A program made the translations under genes and the position numbers. Positions 1-11,219 of a stretch of DNA of 64,000 nt are shown here, piece after piece; position 1 is the first letter of the stretch, and each line of letters opens with the position of its first letter. This DNA is from Minutocellus sp. GHC0000111 (taxonomy: Eukaryota): positions 3,844,001-3,908,000 of the forward strand of contig OZ361257.1 in NCBI GenBank assembly GCA_977018835.1. Reading direction: 5' to 3'. The notes below the pieces were generated by a model, which saw nothing but the letters and a program-made list of their open reading frames with translations, made no database searches and was not told the DNA's origin.

Positions 1-837
1 CGTGTCGGAGCAGACTTTCAATGCCTGCTGCCGCCCATGTTTGAAGATAGAATTGCAAGTATTGTTATGAGGCGCTGGTCCAATGGTGTAAAGTCACTTG
101 ATGTGACTCTTAAGGTGTGTCGCGAAGCCGGATTGGCTGGCCCTTTGAGCAGCACAGCCACAACATCAGTGGGAAGAAGCATTGAAGTTGACAATGGTGA
201 ACATGGAGCTGATGCAGGGGCTGAAGACGACGCTGTTGATATCGGAACACCATTACCCCCTCGAAGAATTTTGGCGTCTCCTCCATTGGCGCGCTTTATC
301 AATGCTTTCCTTGACGGCCTGAATGAAGCCCGTCGGTGCCTGTTGCCGGGTTCCTCTGAAACTCTACGCAGGGCAAGTATCCAAGTATTCAGTAGTGTTG
401 ATGCTATCCTTCAGGCAAATGAGAGGGTTGTCTTGGCTCCTGGACTTCGCGGCGAAGCCGCGAAACTACGAGATGCTGCTGCAAGGATGAGAAAAGACTA
501 TGCCACTTGTGTTCAGCCATACTTGAAGATGGCAGTCGAATTTTCCATTGGAAGTTTGGACCGTCTTGAGAAAGACCGCCACTTGGAAAACGAAAGGGCT
601 GCGATAGTGCATACAGAACTTGTTGATTCTTGCCCCAATGACAAGTATGGGGAGACCAAGACGGAAGATGAAGGTGCCGACGGGACTAATGAAGTGAGAG
701 ATCAAGCAGTCCCTGAGAGACATGCATCTGGTGCTCCAATCTCATCTTATAGTAGAGACCCACTCGAAGAAAATCAAAAGAAGAAGGGGGGAAATTCAGA
801 GGGGCTTTCAGTGCGATCTATTGTTAAGTCTGATTGA
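1..837 (+). CDS. COG8: 3' part of a conserved oligomeric Golgi complex subunit 8 (Dor1/COG8-like); 5' end outside the window
   Basis: ORF 37..837 contains PPRRILASPPLARFINAFLDGLNEARRC, matching the Dor1/COG8 C-terminal motif as I recall it. Confidence 0.7.
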   Translation, partial: RVGADFQCLLPPMFEDRIASIVMRRWSNGVKSLDVTLKVCREAGLAGPLSSTATTSVGRSIEVDNGEHGADAGAEDDAVDIGTPLPPRRILASPPLARFINAFLDGLNEARRCLLPGSSETLRRASIQVFSSVDAILQANERVVLAPGLRGEAAKLRDAAARMRKDYATCVQPYLKMAVEFSIGSLDRLEKDRHLENERAAIVHTELVDSCPNDKYGETKTEDEGADGTNEVRDQAVPERHASGAPISSYSRDPLEENQKKKGGNSEGLSVRSIVKSD

Positions 838-856
838 GACGAAAACTCTCAACAAG

Positions 857-1420
857 TAGATCTACTACGTAGTAGGAGTTACACTGTGGAGTGTGCATGG
901 TGCATGACAGTTTTCCTTGAATTCTGTAGGAGACCCATCGAATCTTACTTGGGCAGACGTATGACGATGAAATATTGATGAGATTGACATAGATCTAATC
1001 AAGCGACTGACCGAGAAGAACATAAAGTACATGTAGACAGAAAAAACCACTAGCTAGATCGAGGAGGAGTACATGTATGAGGAAACCACCACCACCACCA
1101 CTAGCTAGATCTAGAGATAAACGTTTACAAATACATGTGGATTCTAGTCATAGATCTACGTATTCTTCTGATAAAAAGATTATGCTGTTTGTTGTACGGA
1201 TTGCCTCAAACATGTTGATCCTCTCTCTGACAATTCGGTAGATCTAAAAACGTTTTCGTTGATTTATTATAGATCTACATGTACATGTAGATCTGCAGAT
1301 CTAGAGATATCTAATTCCTTATTCCTTGGTCCAAAATACATGTATATAGATCTACTGGTAAATGTAGAGTGCTCTCTAGACTCTAGATCTACATGTTGTA
1401 GATCAAAATATATATATTCC
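857..1420. repeat. AT-rich tract built from short palindromes (AGATCT, TACATGTA, CTAG, TACGTA)
   Basis: Many copies seen directly, including the perfect 24-bp palindrome AGATCTACATGTACATGTAGATCT at 1271-1294. Confidence 0.8.
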
Positions 1421-1425
1421 TCCGA

Positions 1426-1926
1426 TTGTGGCCGAGAATGATGGAGAGATACCTCGGCATCGAACCTGGCACCTACAAAACCTTCAAGCCGTCGGAGCCA
1501 GGCCTCATCCCTCCCAGAAGAATGCGAGCGACAACAACGCCCTTCACCCCGACCCGAGACGAAGGCCCACGAGTATGCAGCGCGTGTAACGTCGTCAATT
1601 GTCACCGCCCTTGCCTTTCACCCCTCAGCAGGCCGCCCTTGTGCGATAGCTGTGGATTCAAGCACTTCGAAAACTACAATCTTTGCACCCTCATCGTTGG
1701 AGACGTAGCAGAGACCGAAGATGCCGATGAATCATCCACCCCTCACACCCCTCAGACTCACACCGCCACCTCCACTACTATGTCTCCCATGATCAATGCC
1801 CTCACCGAAGCTACAGTAACATCGGTTATCGGTAACATCGAGGAAGGCACAAGTGCAACCGTGCTTACTAGAATCACGAGGAGCAGAGCAAACAGGATGT
1901 CTTCATTGTCCTCGGTCCATCTATAA
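1426..1926 (+). other. Short ORF with a Cys/His cluster, possibly a repeat-derived remnant
   Basis: CSACNVVNCHRPC...CDSCGFKH...C zinc-finger-like pattern; no recognisable family. Confidence 0.3.
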
Positions 1927-1950
1927 CTCGTAGAAGGTCTACTGAAGTCT

Positions 1951-2358
1951 CTACTGATCAAAAAGACTATCTTCGTCGTCATCGTCGCTTTCATCGTCGT
2001 CAATGATTCGTAGAAGATCGACAGCAAAGGAGAGGTAGTGGGCCTCACTCTTCTGGGCGGGGAGGTTCTCCATTTTCCTCTGGCCCCGTTGAGAGATCCG
2101 GGGCAGAGTTCTTTTCGAGGGCGCATCGCCCTTGGTGACGTCTTGTTGAGCATAAGGCGTGTCTTTCAGGGGAGGCTCCATCTGGGGTGTGGTTGAAGGG
2201 ATTGGGGTTTCCTGGTCCTCGGTGCTTTGGCCCGTTCGAGTTTTATTTTCGCTATCATTGTTGAGATTGTAATAGGCCACAATCCGACCCAAGAGTTGAT
2301 CGAGAGGGGTCGAGTCGGGTGAGGAGGAGGCGGCGGTGGAAGTGTCCTTGGCGTCCAT
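1951..2358 (-). CDS. Hypothetical 135-aa protein with acidic C-terminus
   Basis: ATG-initiated ORF; no recognisable domain. Confidence 0.3.
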   Translation of the reverse strand: MDAKDTSTAASSSPDSTPLDQLLGRIVAYYNLNNDSENKTRTGQSTEDQETPIPSTTPQMEPPLKDTPYAQQDVTKGDAPSKRTLPRISQRGQRKMENLPAQKSEAHYLSFAVDLLRIIDDDESDDDDEDSLFDQ

Positions 2359-3284
2359 CGTTCTTCTGTATTGATTCGTTTGGCCGCTCTTGAGGATAAC
2401 TGGCTTGGCCTGGTGCTGACCTGGATCTACTAGCTAGCTTGGATTGGACTGATATGGATAGTTATGGATGGGTGTTGTTCTTCTTCTCTTTGCCTTGATT
2501 TTATAATGAGCACGAATGGGCGATGCGTCCGGATGTCTTGTGTGTGCCGAGCCACAATCGACAGCATCGACAGTACATGTACAACTTCGTCGCCTCGCCG
2601 CACAACAATTTGTAGGCGATTTCGTTGAAAGTAGGCCCGTGGAAAGTCAATCAGTCAATCGGGTGCCGATTTTGCGGCTAGGCGGGATGGTATTTGAGTG
2701 CTTGGAAAGTCGAGGCCGAGAAGTGGGAAAAACTTGCGGGTCCTTGAACGAGGTCGAGGCCGAAAGGCCGTTGCACTTAGATGACGGATTTCCGGAACTT
2801 CTCGCGGCATCACACAGTTCGCAGCACACATGTGTTCTTCAAGTTACTTTCAATATTTATAAGCCTCATCCGTCCGACGTGGCTTTGGTGTTCGTCGCCG
2901 ACAACAATTTATTTGGTGGGGCTTTAACATAAGGCCGGAATCGAATGCGGTCCCTTGAACAGGGTCAGGCCGAGAATCGGTTGTGCTGACTTTGCCGAGT
3001 TTCTGGCCTAGAGAATAGTGCGCAATTGGTCATAGGCCACGAGAATCAGCGTGGCCATGGATTCCATCCGAGGCCAAGTTTCGTGCGATACACAACAAAA
3101 GGCTGAGTTTTCGGCGCGGCTCTGGCATGAAAGCAATTATTTAGGCTCCAAATACGGGTCATCGGGTCATCATCAGGTCATCGGGTCTTTCTGGGGGCCG
3201 AACCATCCATAAATGCCCTTCGCCCTTCGAAAGAGCGGTAGTCAAAGTAGTTCGAAGCAGTGAGATCAACTAAAGAAAGGCACC

Positions 3285-3743
3285 ATGGCACCACGGACGA
3301 CGTACCCATCTCTTATATTGGCATCCGCCCTTATCCTCGCGACGCCTCCCCATGCTGCGGCACGGAGTGGCATACCAAAGCGGCACCAAAACAATTCCAT
3401 CCGAGGCGATCCCAGAACGGAACCGATCAATGACCCGGACTGCTGGTGTACGACCGACACGTGCTTCCGGTGTGGCATCCACCTGCTCAACGAGGAATGC
3501 ATCAACATCCAAGCCGATGGATATTGCGACGAGGTGGTACTGACGGTGGCCTCGGGTGGAGGTGGAGCAAAGGCACCAGACGTCAGTGACCCGCTGCCGC
3601 CACCAATTGTAGACGGGGAGGATATGGTGGCCTGTACTCAGGATGTGGGAGAGTGCACCGACGGGAGCTTTGTCAGTCGCAATCCCAAGACCGGTTGCGA
3701 GTATGATCCCTGTCCTAAAGGTCATACTCTTGTGAGCCGATAG
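3285..3743 (+). CDS. Small secreted cysteine-rich protein
   Basis: Signal peptide (LILASALILATPPHAAA), a six-Cys block and a C-terminal ACTQDVGECTDGSFVSRNPKTGCEYDPCP module. Confidence 0.7.
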   Translation: MAPRTTYPSLILASALILATPPHAAARSGIPKRHQNNSIRGDPRTEPINDPDCWCTTDTCFRCGIHLLNEECINIQADGYCDEVVLTVASGGGGAKAPDVSDPLPPPIVDGEDMVACTQDVGECTDGSFVSRNPKTGCEYDPCPKGHTLVSR

Positions 3744-4164
3744 ACATGCGTGGCATTGGATTTGGCTCTGACGTACCGGTATTTGATGTGGAGAATGGGC
3801 ATGATGCAAGTAAATAATACGATAATATGATATCGGATGTTCACGCTGACCCAGATGTGTAACAACAACGAACGGGTCTCTTGTTTACGTGAAATTTATT
3901 TGCGTTCACCTGATGAGTGCCATGCCAGAGGACGATGCATCGACAACAGCTTCATTGTGCAAAGGACGGTGAAGGATGGGGACATTTCCAGAATTGTGAG
4001 TTGCATGTATGTAAAACAGAATGGATCAATGAAGATACTCAAGGAACTAGCTGTAAAAAAAAAAAAATGAATTCTAAATTAAATGCAAAACAAAGTAAAT
4101 AAAATAAAATAAATGAATGTAACGATTCTAACTCGCTTCTCTCAAATTTGACAATTCTAAGCCA

Positions 4165-4845
4165 CCAAAAATCCAAGATTTTGGCGTCGTCAACCCCAGC
4201 AGTAACATAGAAACACATGTGAGCTTTATGGTGAAGGAAACATTCGCCCAAGCCTTGTATACCTTGTCTAGGTGATACCTAAGGTGGCGCTATGCTTCTA
4301 TGTTTGAGTTTGGGGTCAGAATGCCGAGATTTACATATCAACAGCCCGCCCAGAATGCCAGATTTTGCCGTCGTCAACCCCCGGGAGCCATAGTAGTCTT
4401 TGTTGGGACCCAAGCAGCGAAGGAAACATTTGCCCAAGCTTCTATATCTGGCCTGGGTGATACCTAAGGTAGCACTATGGTTCTATGTGTGAGTTTGGGG
4501 TCAGAATGCCGAGATTTATATGTCAACAGCCCGCCCAGAATCTTAGAGTTTGCCGTCGTCATCCCCCGGGAGCCATAGTAGTCACTGTTGGAGGCCAAGC
4601 AGCGAAGGAAACATTCGCCCAAGCTTTGTATACCTTGTGTGGGTGATACCTAAGGTAGCGCTATGCTTCTATGTTTGACTTTGCACTTGAAAATTCGAGA
4701 TTTATATATCAACAGCCTGTCCAGAATCTGAAAAATTGCCACCATCGACCTTCGGGAGCCATGATAGGCACCGTAGGGACCGAAGTAGTGAAGGAAACCT
4801 TCGCCCAAGCCTTTGATACCTTGTGTGTGGGATACCTAAGGTAAC
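4165..4845. repeat. Tandem repeat, unit about 186 bp, about 3.6 diverged copies
   Basis: Anchor AAGGAAAC.TT.GCCCAAGC recurs at 4234, 4420, 4605 and 4791; GATACCTAAGGT is present in every unit. Confidence 0.92.
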
Positions 4846-5399
4846 GATGCGCAGTTTTGGTAGAATTTGTTTGTTCATCAGTTATCTTTCATACTCTAAC
4901 TTTGAAACCATTTTATCAATTCTATCCCAATGTTCAATTATAGGTCCTTCTGTTGTGTTGTTTATGAGAAGATGTTCTATCAAACAAATCCGGTCTATTC
5001 AACCCAGGCCAAATTTTTGCCTAGGTACGTGGATGTAGTTGAGAGTGGCAACAAATCTCTCGGCAGCATCTCCAATCGATCGATGTAACCAGTGAAGTAT
5101 ATTCCCAGAACGGATCAGAACAGAAAATAAATCGATCTTCCAGAGCAAATTTGTTTGCCGCTTGACTCACAACTACCCGATGTCGACGCCCTTTTCCGCG
5201 ATGGAACAATTTCATCACGATGTGACGGCAGCAAAGCATTGCATCGACATTATCGCCAATCGGCATGTCAGCGGATGGCCTCGAGGCCGGACCCGTACCA
5301 GCCTCCCCACCCGGAGTGCCCATAATCCAAGTTTCTTTCATTTGATTGAGTGGTTGGGTGCAGGACATTGGCAGGCGCAATTACAACCCCCCAATCGCA

Positions 5400-6071
5400 T
5401 CACCACGTGGGTACCTTGGTCTTTGGACGGACCAAAGTTGGCGCCAGCTGATCGTTGTTGTTCGCACTCTCCAACGATCCCATGGGGGACAGATACTGGT
5501 AGTCCAACCCATTCTGCAGATTCGTCGCCCCCTTTTGGGCCTTGGTACCACCTCCACCACCGCTACTACCACTGCCATCCGAGGCCGAATCGCCAAACAT
5601 GAAGCACTGCTCCCACAACGTCCCGCGGTCGGCGCAGGCGTCCAACCGGGCGTCCTGCAGGTCCTGCAACTGCGTCAGCCCCCGCAGGGCGCGGGTGGTC
5701 GGCAGTTCCCGCCGCAGATTTTGGAAAGCCTCGGTTTCCGATAGTTTGGTGGTCACTTGCCGTCTGAGGATGGACGCCGTGATGTCCGATGGCGAGGCGT
5801 CGGCTGCGTCAGAAGGGAGGGGAGATGCTACGAGTATGCCCATGGCCATGATGGCCGATGCGGCAATTGTGGCGATGGGCGCATGATTATTGTTGTGTTG
5901 GGAGGTCGGCGGTATGTCTGCCTGGGCTTGGCTGCTGATCGCGACGTGCCGGAATGGCGAGAATGCCTCCACACTTGCAACGTGTGGCGAGCATAGAGCG
6001 CACGCAAGGCACGCGGGAAGAGCAGATCGGCACCGTCGTCGTCGGCCGCTCATGGTGGGGGTCTTCGTCAT
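5400..6071 (-). CDS. Plastid-targeted, possibly thylakoid-lumenal, protein of unknown function
   Basis: Signal peptide ending VEA-FSP, then a second hydrophobic stretch ending SDA (lumenal-transfer-like); C-terminal domain has a Cys pair and ends PTW. Confidence 0.7.
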   Translation of the reverse strand: MTKTPTMSGRRRRCRSALPACLACALCSPHVASVEAFSPFRHVAISSQAQADIPPTSQHNNNHAPIATIAASAIMAMGILVASPLPSDAADASPSDITASILRRQVTTKLSETEAFQNLRRELPTTRALRGLTQLQDLQDARLDACADRGTLWEQCFMFGDSASDGSGSSGGGGGTKAQKGATNLQNGLDYQYLSPMGSLESANNNDQLAPTLVRPKTKVPTW

Positions 6072-6182
6072 TGTTCTTCGAGAGGGTAAATGAGCGAAGC
6101 AAAAGTAGTTGAGAATGAGTCAGTTCTCCGGTTCTTTTATCTTGTGCCATCCAAGCACAAAAGTAGCCACCACCCAAGCGTA

Positions 6183-6213
6183 CAGTTCAGTTCAGTTCAG
6201 TTCAGTTCAGTTC
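6183..6213. repeat. (CAGTT)6 microsatellite forming the retroelement 3' tail
   Basis: Seen directly, abutting the left TSD copy. Confidence 0.95.
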
Positions 6214-8012
6214 ACATAATTACTTTAGAATCTAATCTAACTGGTTGGGCACCTTTATAGGTCACTGCTCTTGAAGCTCTAGGATGAACCATAAACAAGC
6301 TAACTGTGGCGTCCAACATACGTTGGGGTCACAGCCGAGGAAATGACAGTTGTAGCAGTCTCTGCTGCACAACTTGTTGTGTGTGGAGAATAAGATTGAA
6401 TCGCAGGGGTACTGTGAAACATGGGAAGTACTGGTAGACCAGGGGACCGTAATCATTCGTCCTCCTGATCGATAGCCAGAAGCTCCTTTTGAGGGGAGCG
6501 GTCGGTAGTGCGGAGTGGTGGAGGTGTCTTGGACCGCCGAAGACGGGCCAACAAACCCCCATCGATGAAACGGCGTCGATAGAAGCCGCGGATGGCTGTA
6601 GGGGCCTGGGAACCAAGGACATGCTCGCGGCCTAGGTGGATCTTGTCCAACCAGGCAAGTTTGGCCTCGATCGGTCGTCGCAGCAGATGATGGAGGGGGC
6701 ATTCGAGGAGAGGAAGCAATTCTCTCGGCACGTAGTCCGAGCCTTGAGCCACCAGTTGCTGGATGTGTCGATCCAGCTGCAACTGCAGCCCCAAAGCTTC
6801 CTCGTCGTGCCCCGATTTGATCTGGAAGTTTCGGAACATCCACATGTCCCACGCCGTGTTCCAGAGCTTCTTGATCAGCTCAGTCACCCACCGTCGGCCT
6901 GAACGCAAGCTGCCTTGGGCCTGGAAGTGGTCTGCCTGAACACGTTCCCACTCTCGGGAGTGAAACCCCATTAGCATTGCGCCCCATCCTATCGAGGTCT
7001 GATCTCGAGCAGCGACCTGTAGAGCTGGCGATCGGGCCGACCACCGAGGCACATCAGCGTCCCGACGGTGTGGCTGTCGTCGCCACTGCGACAGCCCCTC
7101 CAGCATCGTCGCCATCAATCCAGGAGCCGCGCCCGATTTTCGTCCCCATTGTCGGAGCACAGCCGAGCACTCTTCAAAGCGGGGGTCACCGAACCTGCAG
7201 CTGAGGACGTGGTCAGGTGTTTCTACCTCCTCGTTAATACCATCGGCATGCCACGGTCCCCTTCCTCGGTGACTTCATCAGCTCCGTCCCCCTGTTCGTC
7301 CTGTTCCTGGCCGGCGTCGCCGTCGAGTCCGGCGTCGCCGTCGAGTCCGGCGGCCTCCTGCCCGCCTCCAACGATAGGGCCCTTAGCCTTGGCGCTAGGC
7401 TTCCCATCTTCGTTTTCTTCACGTTCCTCAGCGGCCTTGGCCTCGGCCTCGGCCTCGGCCACCGCCGCCTCCAGGGCATCCTCCTCGGTATCGTACTGGA
7501 GGAACGACTTGGGGGTTCCCTGAGTCTTTTCCTCCGCCACGTCGCCGAATAGCACCTTGCTTGCACTAGCAAGATCGTTGTGGCCTAGAGGGGTCGGCCC
7601 CGGGCCGGAACCCCCGGACCCACCCGTGAGGTCGGTGATGAGGGCGGCAGTGGCCGTGGTCTCGACGTCCTTGCGGGTGGCCATCTCCTTAGCCTTGGTG
7701 GTGGCATGGGAGACCGGAGTGACCTTCTGATCGCGGCGTTTGGCTTGCTTGACTGGGGTACCTGCAGTGCCAGCCAGCGTGGCCTCCGGTGCCTCGGCAT
7801 TGGCCTTCGAGCCACGCTTGGCAGCGTTCCTGGACGATTTCTCGTCCTTCGAGCGAGCGCCAGCTCCCCCGCGCACACGGCCGGACCTGGTCGTGGTGGA
7901 GAAGTTGTTGCTGACACGGTAACTAGTAGAGCTAGCTGTCTTCATGGAAAAAAGTAGAAAGTTAGTTGAATAGGTTATGAGTCCACACCTTACTGGAAAA
8001 ATCCGAAGTTGT
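6184..8012 (-). mobile_element. Internally deleted non-LTR retrotransposon (L1/Ambal-like), non-autonomous
   Basis: Perfect 18-bp TSD GCCACCACCCAAGCGTAC at 6166-6183 and 8013-8030; (AACTG)n 3' tail at 6184-6213; ORF1-like N-terminus 7945..7223; ORF2 C-terminus with ETPDHVLSC and QTSIGW...LWNTAWDMWMFRN; no endonuclease or RT. Confidence 0.9.
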
Positions 8013-8134
8013 GCCACCACCCAAGCGTACTAGCTACGAGGGCTCGTAGTAAGCATGAAGCAAAACGAAGAGTAGAGAAGTAAGCAAGCACGAACGACCA
8101 TGGAGAGAAGCAGCAGCAGCGACAGCCAGCGGTG

Positions 8135-9813
8135 ATGATGATGGTGACCTGGCTGTACACGGCCTGCACCCTGGCCATCGGCTACATGGGCCTGTCGTCG
8201 TTTGTTACCCAAAGCGTCTTTCGACAATTTCTCAGATCGTACATGACGACGGATGTTGGCGAGACGGATGGGATTTCGACAGGGATATTGTCATCGTCAG
8301 GCGCCGAACCTCCAGAGGCATTTGGGGTGGATGAATTGATATTGCCATCGCAATCGTCGTCGGCGCCTCCAACTCGAGCACGCAGCAGCAGTAGACGCCG
8401 AAAATACCCAGACGATCCCGACCTCGATGAGTACGGGGACAACGTCCATCCCATGAACAATAGCCTTACCATTGGCATCATGACCAGCGTCTCACATGAG
8501 CAGTACACGGAGATGGCACAGGAGGCCTTGCAAGACATTGACCCCCTGTGGAGAAGCGTCGACACCACGTGCACCCTGCACGTATCACGACGGAATGTGC
8601 CCAAATCTCGCACCGAACGCAAGGAGCGCAACATCCCAAGGGATCACATATCCAAGCTGGCAAAGCGACTCGATGAATTCACCTTTGACTTTAGTACATT
8701 GCCAGATGAGAATGCTGACGCCACCATGCGACTGTGTCGGGTGAACGGTGAGGGGGATCCGACCAAGGCGGCCATACTCACGCTCGCGTCCGACATTGGG
8801 TATTTACAGAAAGATCTGACGGCCCTACCGGCATTTTTGAACAAGATGACGTACGCCGAGCACAGCAATACGACACTGTATCTGTTCCTGGGATCGCTGG
8901 ACAAGCACGCCATCCGAGAACGGCCGGGATTGCCATGGAACAGCCCATGTTCCGCGCAGGAGGAGAACTCCAACCACTTTTTGAAGCCCATTGCGTTCCT
9001 GTCCTTGCTGGAACTCGCCAAACCTCGGCACGAGTGGATATTCTTCATGGATGCCGATGCCTGGTTCAATGAGGGAGCTTTCTACCGCCACGATACGGAG
9101 GGGATGCACATTGATTCCTATTTCAATTTGACTTCCAACCCAATCTCGTTGGTTGGATCGCAGAATCGCTTTACTTGGTACCTCGAAGAGAAGAGCTATA
9201 CGCCCATAATATTGAACGGTGGGTTGCTTGGACTGCGCAATGACGAATGGTCGAGACAGTTTTCGGCCCTTTGGTGGCGATCGCGATGTGGATTCAAGGA
9301 TCAGCTGGGACTGTGGAGCATTCTGTTGGCCTACTGGAGTTCCGAAGTGGACCGGATACGAAGAAGTCGTGGTAGCAGTCAGGCACAGTCCAAACAGGTT
9401 GATGATGACGAGATGGCAAATTATGTGTTTGAGTTTGACAAGTCAGCGTTTGACAACTACACGAACACACACTACGTGTACCAGCACCTGATGCACAATG
9501 CCAACAAGATCCGCGCGGCTACTGGAATTGATGAAGCGAACGATAATGATGGCGGATTCTTTTATAAAAGACGGGCTTTTTAGCAACGGGCGTTCCGTTG
9601 GAGCTACCGAGGGTGATGGTCTTGCCAACATCGTCGGTGTTTGATCTCCCAGCACTGTTTTCGCAGTCCGACCCTGCAAAGTTTGGTCCTAAAGACACCT
9701 TCATCTGCCATCAGAAACTGTTCGAGAAGAAGGCGGCAAAGCTAAGGACCATGCACTGCCACGAAAGAAAGATATGTAGTAGCGGCAAATGCGGTAAATA
9801 TTATATCCGATAG
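8135..9813 (+). CDS. Type II membrane glycosyltransferase (GT34-like), probable 1-nt frameshift near 9567
   Basis: N-terminal TM segment; WIFFMDADAWF (DxD) and ILNGGLLGLRNDEWSRQF motifs; reading continues in the 9598..9813 frame after an A run. Confidence 0.7.
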
Positions 9814-9838
9814 TCCGAAGATTTGCTATACATCTAAT

Positions 9839-11219
9839 CTATCTCGATGCCAAAAGGGCGGCAAGCACGATCAAAATCCCACCAAGTTTCTCCGTCGCTG
9901 ACGTTATTTCGCCAAGAAGAATTCGCCCAAGTATCATGGTAAACACCGGCTCGATGCACAGTAAAACATTGGCCTCGCTCGCACTAACGAGTCGCTGCCC
10001 CCACTGCTGGAGAATGTCTGCTAATGCACCCGTTGCCACGGCAGAGAATAGTAAAAGTGTCCAAGCCTGCCAGCTTTTCCATCCCAACCAGAGCTCGGCG
10101 ACGGCACGCCACCCTCCATCGTCTACTAGGTAGCATCTTATTGCTGACACGATTACCCACGATGTGTACAGGAGGGCAATTGTAAAGGTCTTCAATGCCT
10201 GCAGTCGGACTTCCGGATAGGAATTGCCAAAGCTCGAAAGGCGAAAGATGTACATACTCCAAGATACTGCGCCGCCAAGTACTAGCAAATCGCCTGCGCT
10301 AAATGAGAGGCACGATAGTATGGAATGAAATGTTGCCCAGATGCCATCGTCGCCGTCCTCGGCCTCCACGATATACTCGTCGTCATCGTCAGCAGCCATT
10401 GGCCGTCCTTTATCAGACAGCAATACCAACCCAACCAACGCCGCTGCACATCCCGCCCATACCATTCTTTCAACCTTTTGTCCGCATGCACTGCTAACGA
10501 GGGGCGTGATGACGACCGATAATTGTGTGAGAAAAGACGCTCTGGCGCTCTCCACAAATAGCAGCCCAACATTGAGAAAAGCCAAAGCGCCGAAGTTAGA
10601 TACGGCCAGCTCTGCGGCCGCCCACAAAATTGGCCTTGCTTTGGTGGATGTCTCTATGGATAGTATCTTGCTTTTGTATCCTCCCGTCCCTCCACATTGT
10701 TACCAAGGCTGGCACAAAGCACACGACCGCCAACCAGCCTCGGACGGCGCTCAGCACCGATGCCGACGGTGGTCCGGGCATTTCATACAATAGTCTCAGC
10801 ACAACGTTGAAACTGCCAAACAAAAAGGCAACAAAGAGAAGCGTGATTCGTCCTCGGAGTAGGACTGTGGCGGATACAGATACAGTCATCGGGTCGGTGG
10901 CATTGCTAGGCGAGGCAAGTGAGGACAGTGCCGTAATGCCGGCGGTCGATTCGTCGTCGTCTGAGTATGGGCATGGTTTGGGATTGTCATGGAAGAGGTC
11001 GTTTTTACTAGATGAATTCTCATCGTCACTGTTGACATCTCCCATGGTGATGGAGAGGGAGGTGATTAGTGGGCGTGTTGTGACGCAGCCTGGTTGTGCG
11101 GTGGATGTGCCGCCATCGGATGTGCCGCCATCGGATGTGCTGGTTGATGGGTCAAGGAGGGGGCGGGACGTTTCGCCAGTTGCACCGTAAGATGTGCTCA
11201 TGGTGGCACCGCGTTCCAT
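9839..11219 (-). CDS. EamA/DMT family transporter, 1-nt frameshift near 10627
   Basis: Two overlapping multi-TM ORFs with ARASFLTQLSVVITP and ASEANVLLCIEPVF...LLGE motifs; removing one T from a T4 run joins them (KANLWAAAEL). Confidence 0.85.

Noticed and set aside
881..888. Isolated perfect RSS heptamers (CACTGTG near 881 and 15010, CACAGTG near 31666)
   Set aside because: A 7-mer is expected several times by chance in 64 kb; no partner end, second block or TSD.
4165..4845. CRISPR-like array
   Set aside because: The whole 186-bp unit is repeated with no unique spacers; no cas genes; eukaryotic context.
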